DNA of 64,000 bases from Octopus sinensis (GCF_006345805.1 NC_043008.1:22444001-22508000), one strand, 5' to 3'. Shown: positions 13,765 through 27,342, numbered from the stretch's first letter. Numbers and translations are program-made. The notes: generated by a model from the sequence alone, not told the origin.

Positions 13765-13940
13765 ATTTTGGGGGAAGGGGATGAGTTGATTACATCAACC
13801 CCAGTATTTCACTGGTACTTATTTTATCGACTCCAAAAGAATGAAAGGCTAAGTCGGCCTCGGTGGAATTTGAACTCTTGTGAAATACTGCTTAGCATTT
13901 CATCCAGTGGACTAACGATTCTGCCAGCTCACCACCTTAA
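13765..13940 (-). mobile_element. SINE family 2, degenerate, between trinucleotide repeats
   Basis: gattacatcaaccccagt..ggaatttgaactc..ctgccagctcacc. Confidence 0.7.
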
Positions 13941-13974
13941 TAATAATAATAATAATAATATAATAATAATAATG

Positions 13975-14020
<46 letters not shown>

Positions 14021-14284
14021 GAGTATGTCTTTGTGTCTTTCTTTATCACCCACCACCGCTTGAGAACTGGTGCTGGTGTGTATCTTAACGGTTTAGGAAC
14101 TAGAAATTGATAGGATAAGAATTAAGCTTTAAAATATTCTTCAAGATAGTGCTCTAGCATGGCCACAGTCTAATAACTGAAACAAGTAAAAGATAATGGA
14201 TACATATATTGAGTTCCATAACCTATTTCATCAAATGACACAGCATAAAGCTGAAGCCTTTAAAACTCAAATCTCCACAACGGC

Positions 14285-14750
14285 ATAGCACCTATTTTTT
14301 TGCAAGCACTATTAATATGAGGATTTGAACCCAGCACTGCAGCTAACAAACTACTAGTTTTAGTATGTATTTCATGTATCATTGTTATTGTCAGAACATT
14401 ACTTCTGTCTTCATAAAGGTTTTGAGACTTAGCACTTCATACACCTATTTTTCTGCAAGCACTACCAATACAAGGATTTGAACCCAGCACTGCAGCTAAC
14501 AAACTACTAGTTTTAGTATGTATTTCATGTATCATTGTTATTGTCAGAACATTACTTCTGTCTTCATAAAGGTTTTGAGACTTAGCACTTCATACACCTA
14601 TTTTTCTGCAAGCACTACCAATACAAGGATTTGAACTCAGCACTGCAGCTAACAAACTACTGGTCTTAGTATGCATTTCATGTATCATTGTTACTGTCAG
14701 AATATTACTTCTGTCTTCATAAAGGTTTTGAGACTTAGCACTTCATACAA
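14285..14750. repeat. Tandem repeat, 153-bp unit, about 3 copies
   Basis: ggatttgaac recurs at 14321, 14474 and 14627. Confidence 0.95.
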
Positions 14751-15384
14751 GAGAGAAGAGGTGATAGAAGGAGATAGAGAGCGAGAGAGAGACACACTCA
14801 TTAATTATTCCCTTCTGTTGCCTGACAGCATGGATGGATTTTCTTTCTCTTCCGTCAAGTAACACTCAGGCAGTTGAGAGGTTATTCCTTCGTACTTTGT
14901 CATCAGTAATACTTGACACTTAACACTGTAATGACTGAGCCAAGTGGACAGTAAATAAATACTACAGCTTGATTATGATTCACAAATATATTTCTAATGG
15001 CAGTAATTATGAAATTCCCGAGTAATTCTTCAGTGTGCGCAGAGCAAAAGGACAGAAACTTACAAGCAGAGAGATGAGGAGAGGTTGGGCAGAGAAGAAA
15101 GAGAGAGAGAGGTGGGGGTGCTGATTCTGATGAGAAAAATCAGTCCTGAAATAGATCAGCATCCTAATCTGTATGAAGATTTATACTGCATGCCTCGTTT
15201 GCTTAATGTTATAGAAATCAGTCATTTGTATCTGCATGATTTAGGAAAAATTACCATTTTCTACTGAAACAGTGGTAAACAGCATCTCTCTCTTTCTCTC
15301 TGTTTGTGTAAAGAAAGACTGACAAATGAATGCTTCTGGTTTTTGATTTTTAAGAATGACCATTCAACAGGGTGTAAATTAATA

Positions 15385-15835
15385 AAAAGGCCTTCCTTAA
15401 GTTAGTTGATAAACAGTTTCCTCCCAGACACAAGTGCAGAAAATTTTTAAACCGACATACATTTAAAATCTCCTTCAGTTACACACACACAACATGAAGA
15501 GTATCTTTTCATACAAGCCCAGCCGTAGCCCTGAGGTCAGTCGTTCTTGTAGAGGTACCACCACTTGCCTGCTCAATGATTACCACAACACAGAGGACTA
15601 CACAACACATTCAGCTTAAAGCCTGACATCATTGCACCCAACATAAAGCTATGATATCAAATGGAGGCTATTAGCGAAAAACAAGCTTTACTCTATTGGT
15701 AGCAGAAGATACACTTTGTGTTTAGCAGAGAAAAGGGTGATAATTAAGAACACCCGCATACCCCCTAAGTACCTAAATGTCAAATTGGAGATATCTATAC
15801 CTTGTTGACATGGATAGAATTATATTCTCAATATT
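15385..15835 (+). mobile_element. Decayed Neptune-type Penelope-like element, 3' part
   Basis: KAFLKLVDKQFPPRHKCRKFLNRHTFKISFS, then YDIKWRLLAKNKLYSIGSRRYTLCLAEK..LNVKLEISIPC*H: typical linker and GIY-YIG tail. Confidence 0.75.
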
Positions 15836-16067
15836 GGACCAATCATCATAGAGGAATCAGCAACAGCACTTCCTACCTTTCCACTACTGCATGCAACCAG
15901 CCCTTCATTTATTAATCTATTCATTTGTTAAATTTTTCCAACCCTTCTTCATTCATTCCTTCTTTTCTGTCTTCCTCTCTCTCTCTGTATGTGTATGTAT
16001 GTGTATATACATATATATATATATATATATAATTGTATGTATATGTATATGTATGTGTATATATAAT

Positions 16068-16107
<40 letters not shown>

Positions 16108-16109
<2 letters not shown>

Positions 16110-16518
16110 CTCGGAGTGGCTGTGTGGTAAGTAGCTTGTTTACCCACCGCATGGTCCGGGTTCAGTCCCACTGCATGGCAACCTTGGGCAGTGTCTTCTA
16201 CTATAGCCCTCGGGCCGACCAAAGCCTGTGAGTGGATTTGGTAGACGGAAACTCAAAGAAGCCCGTCGTATATATGTATATATATATATGCGTGTGTGTG
16301 TTTGTGAGTCTGTGTTTGTCCCCCTAGCATTGCTTGACAACCGATGCTGGTGTGTTTATGTCCCCGTTACTTAGCGGTTTGGCAAAAGAGACCGATAGAA
16401 TAAGTACTGGGCTTACAAAAGAATAAGTCCCGGGGTCGAGTTGCTCGATTAAAGGTGGTGCTCCAGCATGGCCGCAGTCAAATGACTGAAACAAGTAAAA
16501 GAGTAAAGAGAGTAAAGG
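16108..16518 (+). mobile_element. SINE family 1, full length
   Basis: ggagtggctgtgtggtaag head through the gagtaaagagagtaaag tail. Confidence 0.88.
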
Positions 16519-16527
16519 GTATATATA

Positions 16528-16795
16528 TATAGGGAGAGTTTACGAAAAAAACAAAAGTCGAAGACAGGTGGTGTACAAAACAAACAGATGTATTAGTATA
16601 ATGATCAGGAAATGAAAAAGTCTTTTACATTTCGAGCCTATGCTCTTCTACAGAAAGGAACACAGAAAAAACAAGGAGAGAAACAAGGAGAGAAAAAAAA
16701 TGTGCGTAGTGGCTAACGATCTATCATGGTGACTGACTCGGACAGAAGGGTCACACACGAGAGGGAAAGTAGGAGAGATAACAAAGTAAACAATG
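16528..16795 (-). ncRNA. Short element family A with hammerhead-like motif (16622-16657)
   Basis: Minus strand: CUUU-CUGUAGA-A-GAGC(AUAG)GCUC-GAA-AUGU-A-AAAG. Confidence 0.55.
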
Positions 16796-17169
16796 ATGAT
16801 GATGATATACATATATACATACATATACATATCCTCCTCCTCCTCTGATTCTCCCCATCTCTTTACTTGTAATTTTCTATCCTTTATTCTCCTTTTTTTT
16901 GGCACTTGGATTCCAGCAGTTTCCCCTAGCAAAGAAAATAATTCTTCAGTCCTCAATTACGAGTTACTCCCCCTATGCTAACAACTCTTAGCAATGAAAA
17001 TATTTTCTTTACAAGCATTTCATATACTGCCCTCAAAAGCATTGTGAGGAGGGCTTCCATAGCAGCCGTATTTTGCTGTGTGCTCAGCCAAAATCCATAA
17101 TGTGTACACCTGATGAGTGTAAGGCAACATGGGGAGGAAGTGGGAGGCATATTGCCTTGTTTGTTACTT

Positions 17170-17345
17170 TGATCATCATGAATATATAAAGTGGTTGGCA
17201 TTCAGAAGGGCATCAAGCTGTAGGGACCAAGCCAAAACAGACTGTGGATCTCAGTGCAGTTCTCCGACTAGCCAGCTCCTGTCAAACTGCCCACCCAATG
17301 TTAGCATGGAAGGTGTACGTTAAATGATGATGATGATGATGGCTA
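17170..17345 (+). mobile_element. RTE 3' UTR/tail fragment ending in (GAT)n
   Basis: gtggttggcattcagaagggcatc..agcatggaaggtgtacgttaaatgatgatg, matching 29540-29680. Confidence 0.65.
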
Positions 17346-17398
17346 TGATGACAATGATGACGATGATGATATATATGTGTGTGTGTGTGTATGTATAT

Positions 17399-17610
17399 AG
17401 TTAATCCAAACATGAAAACACAAAGGGAAAACACAACAACGCGAGGACGTGGAACAAGTATAGTGTTATTGGACGCTCAGGAAAGGAAAGAAAGAAGGAG
17501 GATTTAACGTTTCATGCGGAGCTCTTTGTCGGAAACATAGAAAAAGGAAAGATCCAAAGAAAGGAAAACGGAGGAAAAAAATCGCCAACGATACACATGC
17601 GGTCACATAC
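17399..17610 (-). ncRNA. Family B hammerhead element, mutated core (17502-17536)
   Basis: GUUU-CCGACAA-AGAGC(UCC)GCAU-GAA-ACGU-U-AAAU; the body matches 7931-8160. Confidence 0.55.
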
Positions 17611-17792
17611 ATACATATAAACACATACATACAGACAGACATACATACTTATGTATGTATGTATGTATGTATGTGTATATGGTGCTGTTGTCTATATGGG
17701 TTACAGGGGTTAAGTACTGTGCCTTTGGGTATGGAACATCTAGGCCTAAGGTGGTAAATCTAGATTGTCAGCTGCCAGTGACTTGAAGTTAA

Positions 17793-17981
17793 TTAACAGG
17801 GTGTTCCTCTGGTGGCAACAATAAGATAGTTCACTCTTTCAATTATTGGATATTGCAGGTTGGTGTAGTATATGTAGTCTCTCATGGATGCAGAGTTGGC
17901 AATTGTAGGTTCAAGTGGAGTACAGATGAACCCCGTCAATGGTACTCCATTTGATGTTGGAGAAATCATTCCAATGGTCAT
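17793..17981 (-). mobile_element. Possible decayed Penelope RT fragment
   Basis: NGVPLTGFICTPLEPTIANSASM loosely resembles the G.PMGSP.SP.IAN..M RT motif. Weak match. Confidence 0.3.
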
Positions 17982-18394
17982 GGAGTCTTCACATAAAACA
18001 GACAGGTAAGTGAATTCTCCCTATATATTTATGTGTGTGTGTGTGCAATATACAAGTATATAGGTACATGCATATATGTATACATATATATATACACACA
18101 CACATACATACATATATACATACATACATACATATATATATACATACATACATACATACACACACACGCACACACATACATACACACATACATACATACA
18201 TACATACATACATACATACATACATACATAAATACTTACATACATATATATTATATATATATATAATGTATATCACCATTATTGTTTAACATCCACCTTC
18301 CATGCTGGCATACGTACATATGTACACATATAGCTACTGCCTCAATATAAAGAACATTATAACTTGTAAAAATCACCAAGAGCCCACTCCCAGC

Positions 18395-18830
18395 TGTAAC
18401 TGTCAAGACCCTGAAGTTTGCCACTTGACCAGGCATGTATGATAAGCTCCATCGTATATGAGGCAGAAGTAACAGCAATGCTTCAAGATAACTTAATTAA
18501 AACAAAGAATTACATCAGGTTATATGATGGTGATTTCAACAAACATTATGCAAACCACCTATCTTAGTTCTGGCTCATTAACAAAAGTTATGACACTAAA
18601 TTGGCTAGCCATATATGGAGTCTGAAGACCAGCTCCATACCACATATAATCAAGTGAAGTATGGAGAAATTTGATCCATATCTTAATGGATCTAAAAAAT
18701 GCAATTTATGTATAGCAGAAAGATTTCATATTCATCTTAGATCTAAGAATTCCAACACACAGCTTAATTCCAGATCTGAACTTTTTAGTAGGTGCAAACA
18801 CATGGACAAGTTTCTTTTGTTGAACAAGAG
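18395..18830 (+). mobile_element. Decayed Neptune-type Penelope GIY-YIG endonuclease
   Basis: SCNCQDPEVC..SIVYEAEVT..NYIRL..HYANHLS*F..TKLASHIWSLK..YLNGSKKCNLCIAERFHI..LNSRSELFSRCKHMDKFLL, with frameshifts and stops. Confidence 0.85.
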
Positions 18831-19104
18831 GACACCACCCACTACAAATTCAATTGATGTCTTGCAGACTTTTATATATCTTCTATTATTTTGTTCTGTA
18901 CCAACTGCATTGATAGTGGTTTCTAAAATCAGGGTGGTCAGAGGACCTGGGACTTCTTGCTTTTGTTTCTTTATTCTCATTCCATTTTTTTTTGCATCAA
19001 TCTTTTTTGTGTTTTTCTACTTGTTCTTTTTCTCTTTCGTCACTGTCCAGTATCCTTATAACACATAAACAAAGCAATAAAGATTACTTGGAGATATTAC
19101 GCTT

Positions 19105-19515
19105 TACTCTTTTACTCTTTTACTTCTTTCAGTCATTTGACTGTGGCCATGCTGGAGCACCGCCTTTAATCAAGCAACTCGACCCCGGGACTTATTCTTT
19201 TGTAAGACCAGTACTTATTCTATCGGTCTCTTTTGCCGAACCGCTAAGGAACGGGGACGTAAACACACCAGCATCGGTTGTCAAGCAATGCTAGGGGGAC
19301 AAACACAGACACACAAACACACACACGCACGCATATATATATATATATATATACATATATACAACGGGCTTCTTTCAGTTTCCGTCTACCAAATCCACTC
19401 ATAAGGCTTTGGTTAGCCCGAGGCTATAGTAGAAGACACTTGTCCAAGGTGTTCTTGGGACTGAACCCGGAACCATGTGGTTGGTAAACAAGCTACTTAC
19501 CACACAGCCACTCCT
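19105..19515 (-). mobile_element. SINE family 1
   Basis: Complete consensus on the minus strand. Confidence 0.88.
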
Positions 19516-19795
19516 GCACCTATATGACACATTTTATAAATATGCCTATTTAAAGTATCATAAAAGCATGAAACTTTTAGTAGCTCTTTTGGTATGTGCA
19601 TTAAGTTGATATATATACATACATATGTAAATACATATATATACACACGCACACACACACACACAAACACACCACACACTATATGTGTATCATTCTAATA
19701 AGGCTAAGTGAAATTTCCCTCTAAACATATATACACACACAAAAAATATACACATGCAAATGTGAGTATGTATGTATACTAAACATTCATATACA

Positions 19796-19897
<102 letters not shown>

Positions 19898-20604
19898 TAT
19901 ATATCAATATATACATACAGACATACATTCATATGAATGTATAAATATGCATGCAGGCTTATATATAAGTATCTACCAATACATATACATATTTGAGCAT
20001 ACATGTATGTATGTATAAATGACTGGATATAAATATGTATGTATACAGCATCAGATATTTGATTCTTATATCGGTTTACATTTTTTCCAGAAGAATATCA
20101 AACTAACAGCATCATTTTTATTACACATATTAAGATCAAAACTTATTTTATTACTATTGTTTCTAAAATTTATTCATCACATCGATATTTTTCTTTTGTT
20201 TCAATTATGAATTCAAAAATTTGGGCATAAAATCAAATCAAAAGTGTAAAATAGTGTTTTTCTTGTCAGGATAGTATTTCATTGTTTTGTGTTTTCTGTT
20301 ATAAAGAAAAGGAAAAAGGAGACATACTGTTTCATACATGTGGCAACACCATTACCCTAAAATGGTTTTGGTGTTTCTTTCTTTTTTTTTTGTTAATCTC
20401 TATTAATTAGAGTAGATGTTAACTGTAAAATTTCTTCTCTTTTCTCAACGCCTATAGTTTAGTCTTGCTGCTTAAAGTTACAATCTTCAAACTATTAAAT
20501 AGATTTCTAGGAAAAATAAACAAAAAATAAACTACCTATATATGCAATAAATATATAAATATATATATACATATCATAATTATATATACATACATATATA
20601 TATA

Positions 20605-20650
<46 letters not shown>

Positions 20651-20669
20651 ATATATATAATATACATAT

Positions 20670-20700
<31 letters not shown>

Positions 20701-20755
20701 ATATATATATATATATTATTTATTATATATATATTATCTATTTAATATATATTAT

Positions 20756-20805
<50 letters not shown>

Positions 20806-20848
20806 TTTTATATATATATATATATTATTTATTATATATATATATATA

Positions 20849-20879
<31 letters not shown>

Positions 20880-21159
20880 ACTTACTTGAAAAACGATGCG
20901 TGGCATTCAATCATATAAATAATAGTAATAAATGCATATATATACTTATATATATGTACATACGTGTTTTCATTTCTCATTGTGTTCAACGTTTTTTTCA
21001 TGTCCTGTATCCATATATATATGCATGTATATATACATATATATATGTAGGTATGTACATATATGTATGTATACATGCATATATTTATATATTATTTATA
21101 TTATTATATGATCGAATGCCCCGCATCCTTTTCCAAGTAAGTTTTATCTTAATAATTAC

Positions 21160-21168
21160 GACGATGAC

Positions 21169-21219
<51 letters not shown>

Positions 21220-21315
21220 GGTGGTGGTGGTGGTGATGATGATGATGATGATGATGATGATGTGGTGGTGGTGATGATGATGATGATGAGGAGGAGGAGG
21301 AGGAAGAGGAGGAGG
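21160..21315. repeat. (GAT)n/(GGT)n/(GAG)n compound trinucleotide repeat
   Basis: Seen directly. Confidence 0.95.
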
Positions 21316-22224
21316 ATCTAGCTTTGTTCATTTAATTCTTTTTTTCTCAATCATTAACTAAGCCAGTGTGTAACCATTACACTCCATAAGCACAGAGTAG
21401 ATGCCTAATATACTTGGATATAAATATTCGATATATTATATGTTCAATGGATACTCTATCTATCTTTATATTTTTCGAATCTATTGACGATGTAATTTTA
21501 TTACCATTATGGTATATAAGCAAAGAGTGTAGACCGAATAATTCACTGAGCTACACAGACATAAAAATTCTATTTCTGTTTCATGTACACACACACACAC
21601 ACATGTATATATATATATATATATATTAGAGAGAGAGAGAGAGAAGAGAAAGAGCAAGAAAGGGTGAGGTGAGAGAGAGAGAGAGAGAGAGAGAAATAGA
21701 TATGGATATAGATAAAGATACAGCTAGATATATGTACATATATATTTGTATATGCATATATATACACACACACATATTTACATATGTACATATATTCATA
21801 TACATATATATATACGTATATATATATATATATATATAAATACATATGTATATTAGTATGTATATTTATATGTATATACATATATATGTATATATATATA
21901 TTTATATATATGTACATATGTATTGTGTATGTATGTATATATATATGTATATACATATGTATATATGTGTGTGTGTGAATGTATGTATATGCAGATATAT
22001 ATGTGTGCATATATATGTAATTTATGTATGAAAGCATATATATATATATATATATATATGTTTTATCAATGGTATATTTTTTGATCAATTAACTATAGAA
22101 TCGATTTATTAATGAGCAATGATTCAGGATTATTCATAAATTCATTTAATTTTCTAAAAAAAAAAAAATAGAAATGTCTGCAGGGTATGTAGAACAGCAT
22201 TTTTGAAACTAACAAACACCAGAT

Positions 22225-22405
22225 CACCACCACCACAACCACTACCACCACCACCACCACAACCACCACCACCACACCACAACTACCATCACCACCACCA
22301 CAACCACTACCACCACCACCACCACAACCACCACCACCACCACCACAACTACCATCACCACCACCACAACCACTACCACCACCACCACTGCAACCACTAC
22401 AACCT
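22225..22405. repeat. (CAC)n-based repeat with CAA/TAC/CAT variants in recurring order
   Basis: caccacaaccactaccaccac-type higher-order unit. Confidence 0.9.
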
Positions 22406-22460
22406 CCAAAAAATTATTAGTGGAGTTCTTTGCTAACCCCTTCCCTCCACCCATCATTAA

Positions 22461-24345
22461 CCCCTTGACAACAGTTGACGCAAAAATCTGATCACACTTT
22501 TGCTTGCCTACCCGTGGTTAACGTAAATATACGATGTAGAGCTGCCTTCATCTATCACGGACTTTTTAGCGGCTGACATATGTTTATGTTTGCTATCGTG
22601 TACTTTATCTCTTGAGGTGCGCGTGGTCGCCATCTCATGCATTATCTTAGCTATTTTAGATTACGTTCAAGTCATGAAACTAGCAGTAGACCAATGACAT
22701 GCGCATACTTTGCATGCATATGCATTGATACAGGAGGTATAAAAGTAACAGTCTCCAGCAAAAACACATCATAATTCAAAACGTCTTCAAATCAATTACA
22801 AGTTCTGCTTCGCGCTTCGGTCCTCCATCAGAGAATTTATGCTCATCATCGCGCCTAACAACACCTTGACACCGACGTCAACTCGCTCGTCGTTGCATCA
22901 AACATCCGCTCAAATGACACCTACACGTGAAACTGAGCCACGACCTTGTACTTCTGGAGTCATTGCAGCTGCTGTGGAGGCCGGTGATACTCCTCCAGCA
23001 AATTTGTGGTCACATCCGAGTACATCAGCTGTTTCATGTCAGACCACACCCACATGCTCAGCTCAATCGTCAGGCAATTTTCTGCGACGATACTAGTACT
23101 AGGCTTTGAAAATAAATAATTCCTCTCCTCCTCGGAACTTTCCTGGATGTAATTACTCCTCTTCCTCCCACTCCTCATAACTTTCCAGAAGTAATTCATC
23201 ATCCTCCTCGGAACTTTCCAGGAAGTAATTCCTCCCTCTCCTTGGAACTTTCCATGAAGTAATTCCTCACCCTCCTTGGAACTTTCCAGTATGTAATTCC
23301 TCCCCCCTCAGAACTTTCCAGGAAGTTATTCCTCCCCTCCTTGGAACTTTCCAGGATGTAATTCCTTCCCTTCCTCCTTCAGAACTTTCCAGGAAGTCAT
23401 TCTTCCCCTTCCTCCCCTTCTCGGAAATTTCCATGAAGTAATTCCTTCCCTTCCTCCTCTTCCTGCCCCTCCTCGGAACTTTCCAGGAAATAATTCAGAC
23501 CCTCCTCAGAACTTTGCAGGAATAAATTCATCCCACCCCATCCTCGGAACTTTCCAGAAAGTAATTCCTCCCCTCCTCGGAACTTTCCAGGAAGTAATTC
23601 ATCCCCCTCCTCGGAACATTCCAGGAAATCATTCCTCCTCTTCCACTCTCCCACCTCGGAACTTTCTAGGAAGTAATTCATCCCCCTCCTCAGAAGAATA
23701 GCGGAGAATAGACAATTTACCACAATGATACAGATTCTCAGGCAACTCCAGGATAAAAGTGAACCTGAACAATCACAGTTTGCCCTTGGAAATATTCCAC
23801 GATTTTCTCACGGAGGAACTTTTCGAGTATATGGCAGTCGAAACAAACGACTACGTTCCTACTCATCCTCAACGTGAATCCAAGCATAGCACTCGTATTG
23901 GAGGAACCCTGAAGCGGCAACACCATTTTTCGCTGACATGATGCAGCGCGATCACTTTTTCATGCTACTGGAAAACCTACACTTCAACTCGGGTATCAAC
24001 ACCAATGACAGGTTGTACAAACATTGGCCAATTGTTGATGTAGTCGCAGACAATTTCAAAACTGTCTATATACCTATGCAGGATATTTCCACAGATGAAA
24101 GTCTCTGGAAGTTCAAGGGGTGGTTGCAATTCAGATGGTACAACCCTACAAACCGTGTACGCTTTGGAGTGAAAGTATATAAAGTTTGTCAGTCATCTGG
24201 TGTTGCACATAGCTATACCTGGAACTATAAAATATATACTGGCAAGGACAGGGTCGCGGACGTTCTATCATCAACTAATGTCATCATGCCATTGAATGAC
24301 GAACTGTTAGACAAAGGGTACAATGCACTCTGCTTCAATGTCTGA
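22461..24345 (+). mobile_element. piggyBac (PGBD4-like) transposon, 3'-truncated and decayed
   Basis: TTAA|CCCC left end at 22457-22464. Fragments PLEIFHDFLTEELFEYMAVETNDY and DISTDESLWKFKGWLQFRWYNPTNRVRFGVKVYKVC..WNYKIYTGKD. Stops before the second catalytic Asp. Confidence 0.88.
23125..23695. repeat. Minisatellite inside the piggyBac, about 15 units of variable length
   Basis: Core ctcggaactttccaggaagtaattc separated by C/T-rich linkers. Confidence 0.92.
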
Positions 24346-24389
24346 AACTGGCAAATGGAATCATGCCAGTGTTGGGTCTTGTCTGTTGT

Positions 24390-24640
24390 CCCTTCAGAAA
24401 CGTAGGTTGGTTAGTTCCTTTTTATTCCATGTGGAACATTGGGCAGCAAGAAAAGATCTCAATCCTCTGTGGTCTTCTGAAAGAGATTTGATATCCTCCC
24501 AGCTCAACTCCTATGCATCAATATCCTTCAGAACTGTCCCTTTCCATGTTAATGGGTGTACGCATTTCCTTTTTCTTCCTGCTGGCTTCCAATCAAGGGA
24601 GAGCTTTAAGTGTCTTTTTATATATTTTTTGTCTTCTCTT
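24390..24640 (-). mobile_element. RTE LINE ORF C-terminal fragment
   Basis: LKLSLDWKPAGRKRKCVHPLTWKGTVLKD, resembling the ALxWxPxGxRxRGRPxxTW motif. Confidence 0.55.
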
Positions 24641-25415
24641 ATCATACTTGCAGTATGATGGTCACCAAGGAGGAGATCATCCCTGGTAGCAGATACATAC
24701 TTGCCTCTGTGCCTCGTGCAATTTGCAGCATGTGATGTGAGGGGGATTACCAACTTACAAGTAAACAGATCTACCTTCTTGTGATTAGGACCGTTAAGCT
24801 CACTGGCCGGTGCGGTCGGGGACAAGCAAACCAGGGTGACTGGTCTTCAGAGGCAAGGACCCTTCTTCAAACTTACCAAACAACTGCAAGGAAATTCGGT
24901 GGTAGGTCAGCACATTGCTCTGGTAAAAATTAATGCAACTTGAGAAGCAGCAACACAAGGGGTAGATATAAAGAGATATAAAGAGATATAAAGTGAGCAA
25001 CGGTTTTTCCATTGGTGGAATCTGTTCAATCAACTAAGACTGTTTAATAAGTGAATAACCCATAAAGGGAAACACTATATGGTGGCTCATCCTGCTAGAA
25101 AAAGCAGCCAAATATCCCTCAAATGACAGTACTACCATCGTAATAAGAAAATGAAATATTGTATGATGTAGTCTTATATATGCAAAGGAAGAATTTGGTT
25201 GCTTTTGTATTTTTATATCCTTGTTTATTTGATTTTTATTCATTTTCTTTCACACTTTTACTTTGCATATCAAGCTAATAAAATTATATGAATCACTACT
25301 TTATTCACTCTCTTTTTGTAATTAAATTACTTGTGTGCTTCAGGGTACCCACACACAAGCATTTATATATATATAGAAGAGAGAGAGAGAGGGGGGGAGA
25401 GAGAAAGAGAGATAA

Positions 25416-25455
<40 letters not shown>

Positions 25456-25463
25456 ATAGATAA

Positions 25464-25494
<31 letters not shown>

Positions 25495-25944
25495 CGTGTG
25501 TGTATATATATATATATATAGTATATATAGATAGATAGATAGATAGATAGATATAAAGATATATATATACATATATATACATATATATATGCATCTATGT
25601 ATATAAACACACACAGATGTGTATATATACATACAAATATATACATATAAATACATATATATATACATGTATATATATGTATATATATATGTACATATAT
25701 GTGTGTGTGTGTGTATAAATATATATATATGTGCATATATATATAAATATATATATGTATATATGTTTATATGTGCATGTGTATATGTGTATATCTATGT
25801 GTGTGTGTATATATGTATGTATATATATATATGTCTATGTGTGTATATATATATGTATGTATCTATATTTATATGTACGTGTATAATATATATATACGTA
25901 TTTGTATATGTATATATATATATAAATATATATGTATATGTATA

Positions 25945-25980
<36 letters not shown>

Positions 25981-26413
25981 TGTATGTATGTATGTATGTA
26001 TGGATGGATGTAGGTATATGAACAGACATCATCTAAAGAGAGGCAGTGTTCACAGACAAAAAGTTGCTGTAATCAAGTAGTCAAACAGTTACCTTTGAAT
26101 CTGCCTGGAAGTTTTAAGAATGAATGGATGCATTACAGTATAATAGTTAATAACTGTTTTGGCAGACACCAGTATGCATCAGCAAATAATTTGTTCACTG
26201 TTTCATAGCTTTCCCTGAGGAGACACACAAGAAGGTCGAAGCATCACAGTGTCTCAACGTCCCTTGACACTGGGGAAACATATTGTCTAGAGGGAGATGT
26301 TCTCTTTTGGGGAAAACTAACAACAATCAGATATTCTCATTCGGGTCTATCAGAGTCTATCAAAAATGAATAGATACATTATCACATATATTATATATAT
26401 ATATATATATATA

Positions 26414-26610
26414 AAGTTAATCCAAACAAGAAAACACAAAGAGAAAACACAACAACGCGAGGACGTGAAACAAATATAGTATTATTGGACGCTCGGGAAG
26501 GAAGGGAAGAAGGAGGGTTTAACGTTTCGAGCGGAGCTCTTCATCGAAAACATAGGAGAAGGAAAAACAGAGGAAAAAAAATCGCCAACGGTACACACGC
26601 GGTCACACGT
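26414..26610 (-). ncRNA. Family B hammerhead element (26517-26551)
   Basis: GUUU-UCGAUGA-A-GAGC(UCC)GCUC-GAA-ACGU-U-AAAC. Confidence 0.55.
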
Positions 26611-26625
26611 ACATATTCTTTTATT

Positions 26626-26906
26626 CTTTTACTTGTTTCAGCCATTTGACTACGGCCATGCTGGAGCTCCGCCTTTTGTCGAGAAAATCGACCCCAGGAC
26701 TTATTCTTTGCAAGCCAAGTACTTATTCTATCGGTCACTTTTGCCAAACTACTAAGTTATAGAAATATAGAAATGTAAACACAGCAACATCAGTTGTCAA
26801 GCAATGGCAGGGGGACACACACAGACACAATGACACACATACATAAATATATACATAGATATTTATGTGTGTGTGTGTATATGTGTGTGCATATATATAT
26901 ATATGT

Positions 26907-26939
<33 letters not shown>

Positions 26940-27013
26940 TTGATTTAGCTTCAGCTCACGAGCTGTGGCCATGTGGGGCACCGCCATATATATATATACA
27001 TCCATATATATGC

Positions 27014-27079
<66 letters not shown>

Positions 27080-27240
27080 AGGACATGCTTCTTTCAGTTT
27101 CCGTCTACCAAATTCAATCACAAGGCTTTGCTCAACCTGAGGGCACTAGTAGAAGACACTTGCCCAAAGTGTCATGCAGTGGAACTGAAGGAGGGAGCGT
27201 GTGGTTGTGAAGTAAGCTTCTTACTACAGAGCCACGCCAG
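26626..27240 (-). mobile_element. SINE family 1, split by expanded microsatellites
   Basis: 3' half at 26626-26830 and 5' head at 27080-27240. Confidence 0.75.
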
Positions 27241-27268
27241 TGCCAATATATAATATATATATTGTATA

Positions 27269-27299
<31 letters not shown>

Positions 27300-27342
<43 letters not shown>

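Noticed and set aside
16108-16200. tRNA-like heads of the SINE families as tRNA genes
   Set aside because: They have A/B boxes but no complete cloverleaf and run directly into SINE bodies.
17105-17140. CUGAUGA at about 17110 as a hammerhead
   Set aside because: No GAAA or stem III follows; the match at about 15125 likewise lacks proper stems.
21149-22457. Poly-His/Met/Val ORFs
   Set aside because: Trinucleotide repeats with no splice or homology support.
23125-23695. CRISPR-like appearance of conserved core plus variable linker
   Set aside because: The linkers are short, low-complexity and related to one another; eukaryotic context; no cas genes.
22960-23723. Acidic minus-strand ORFs (NYFLESSEEG repeats)
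   Set aside because: Antisense reading of the piggyBac minisatellite; the transposase is on the plus strand.
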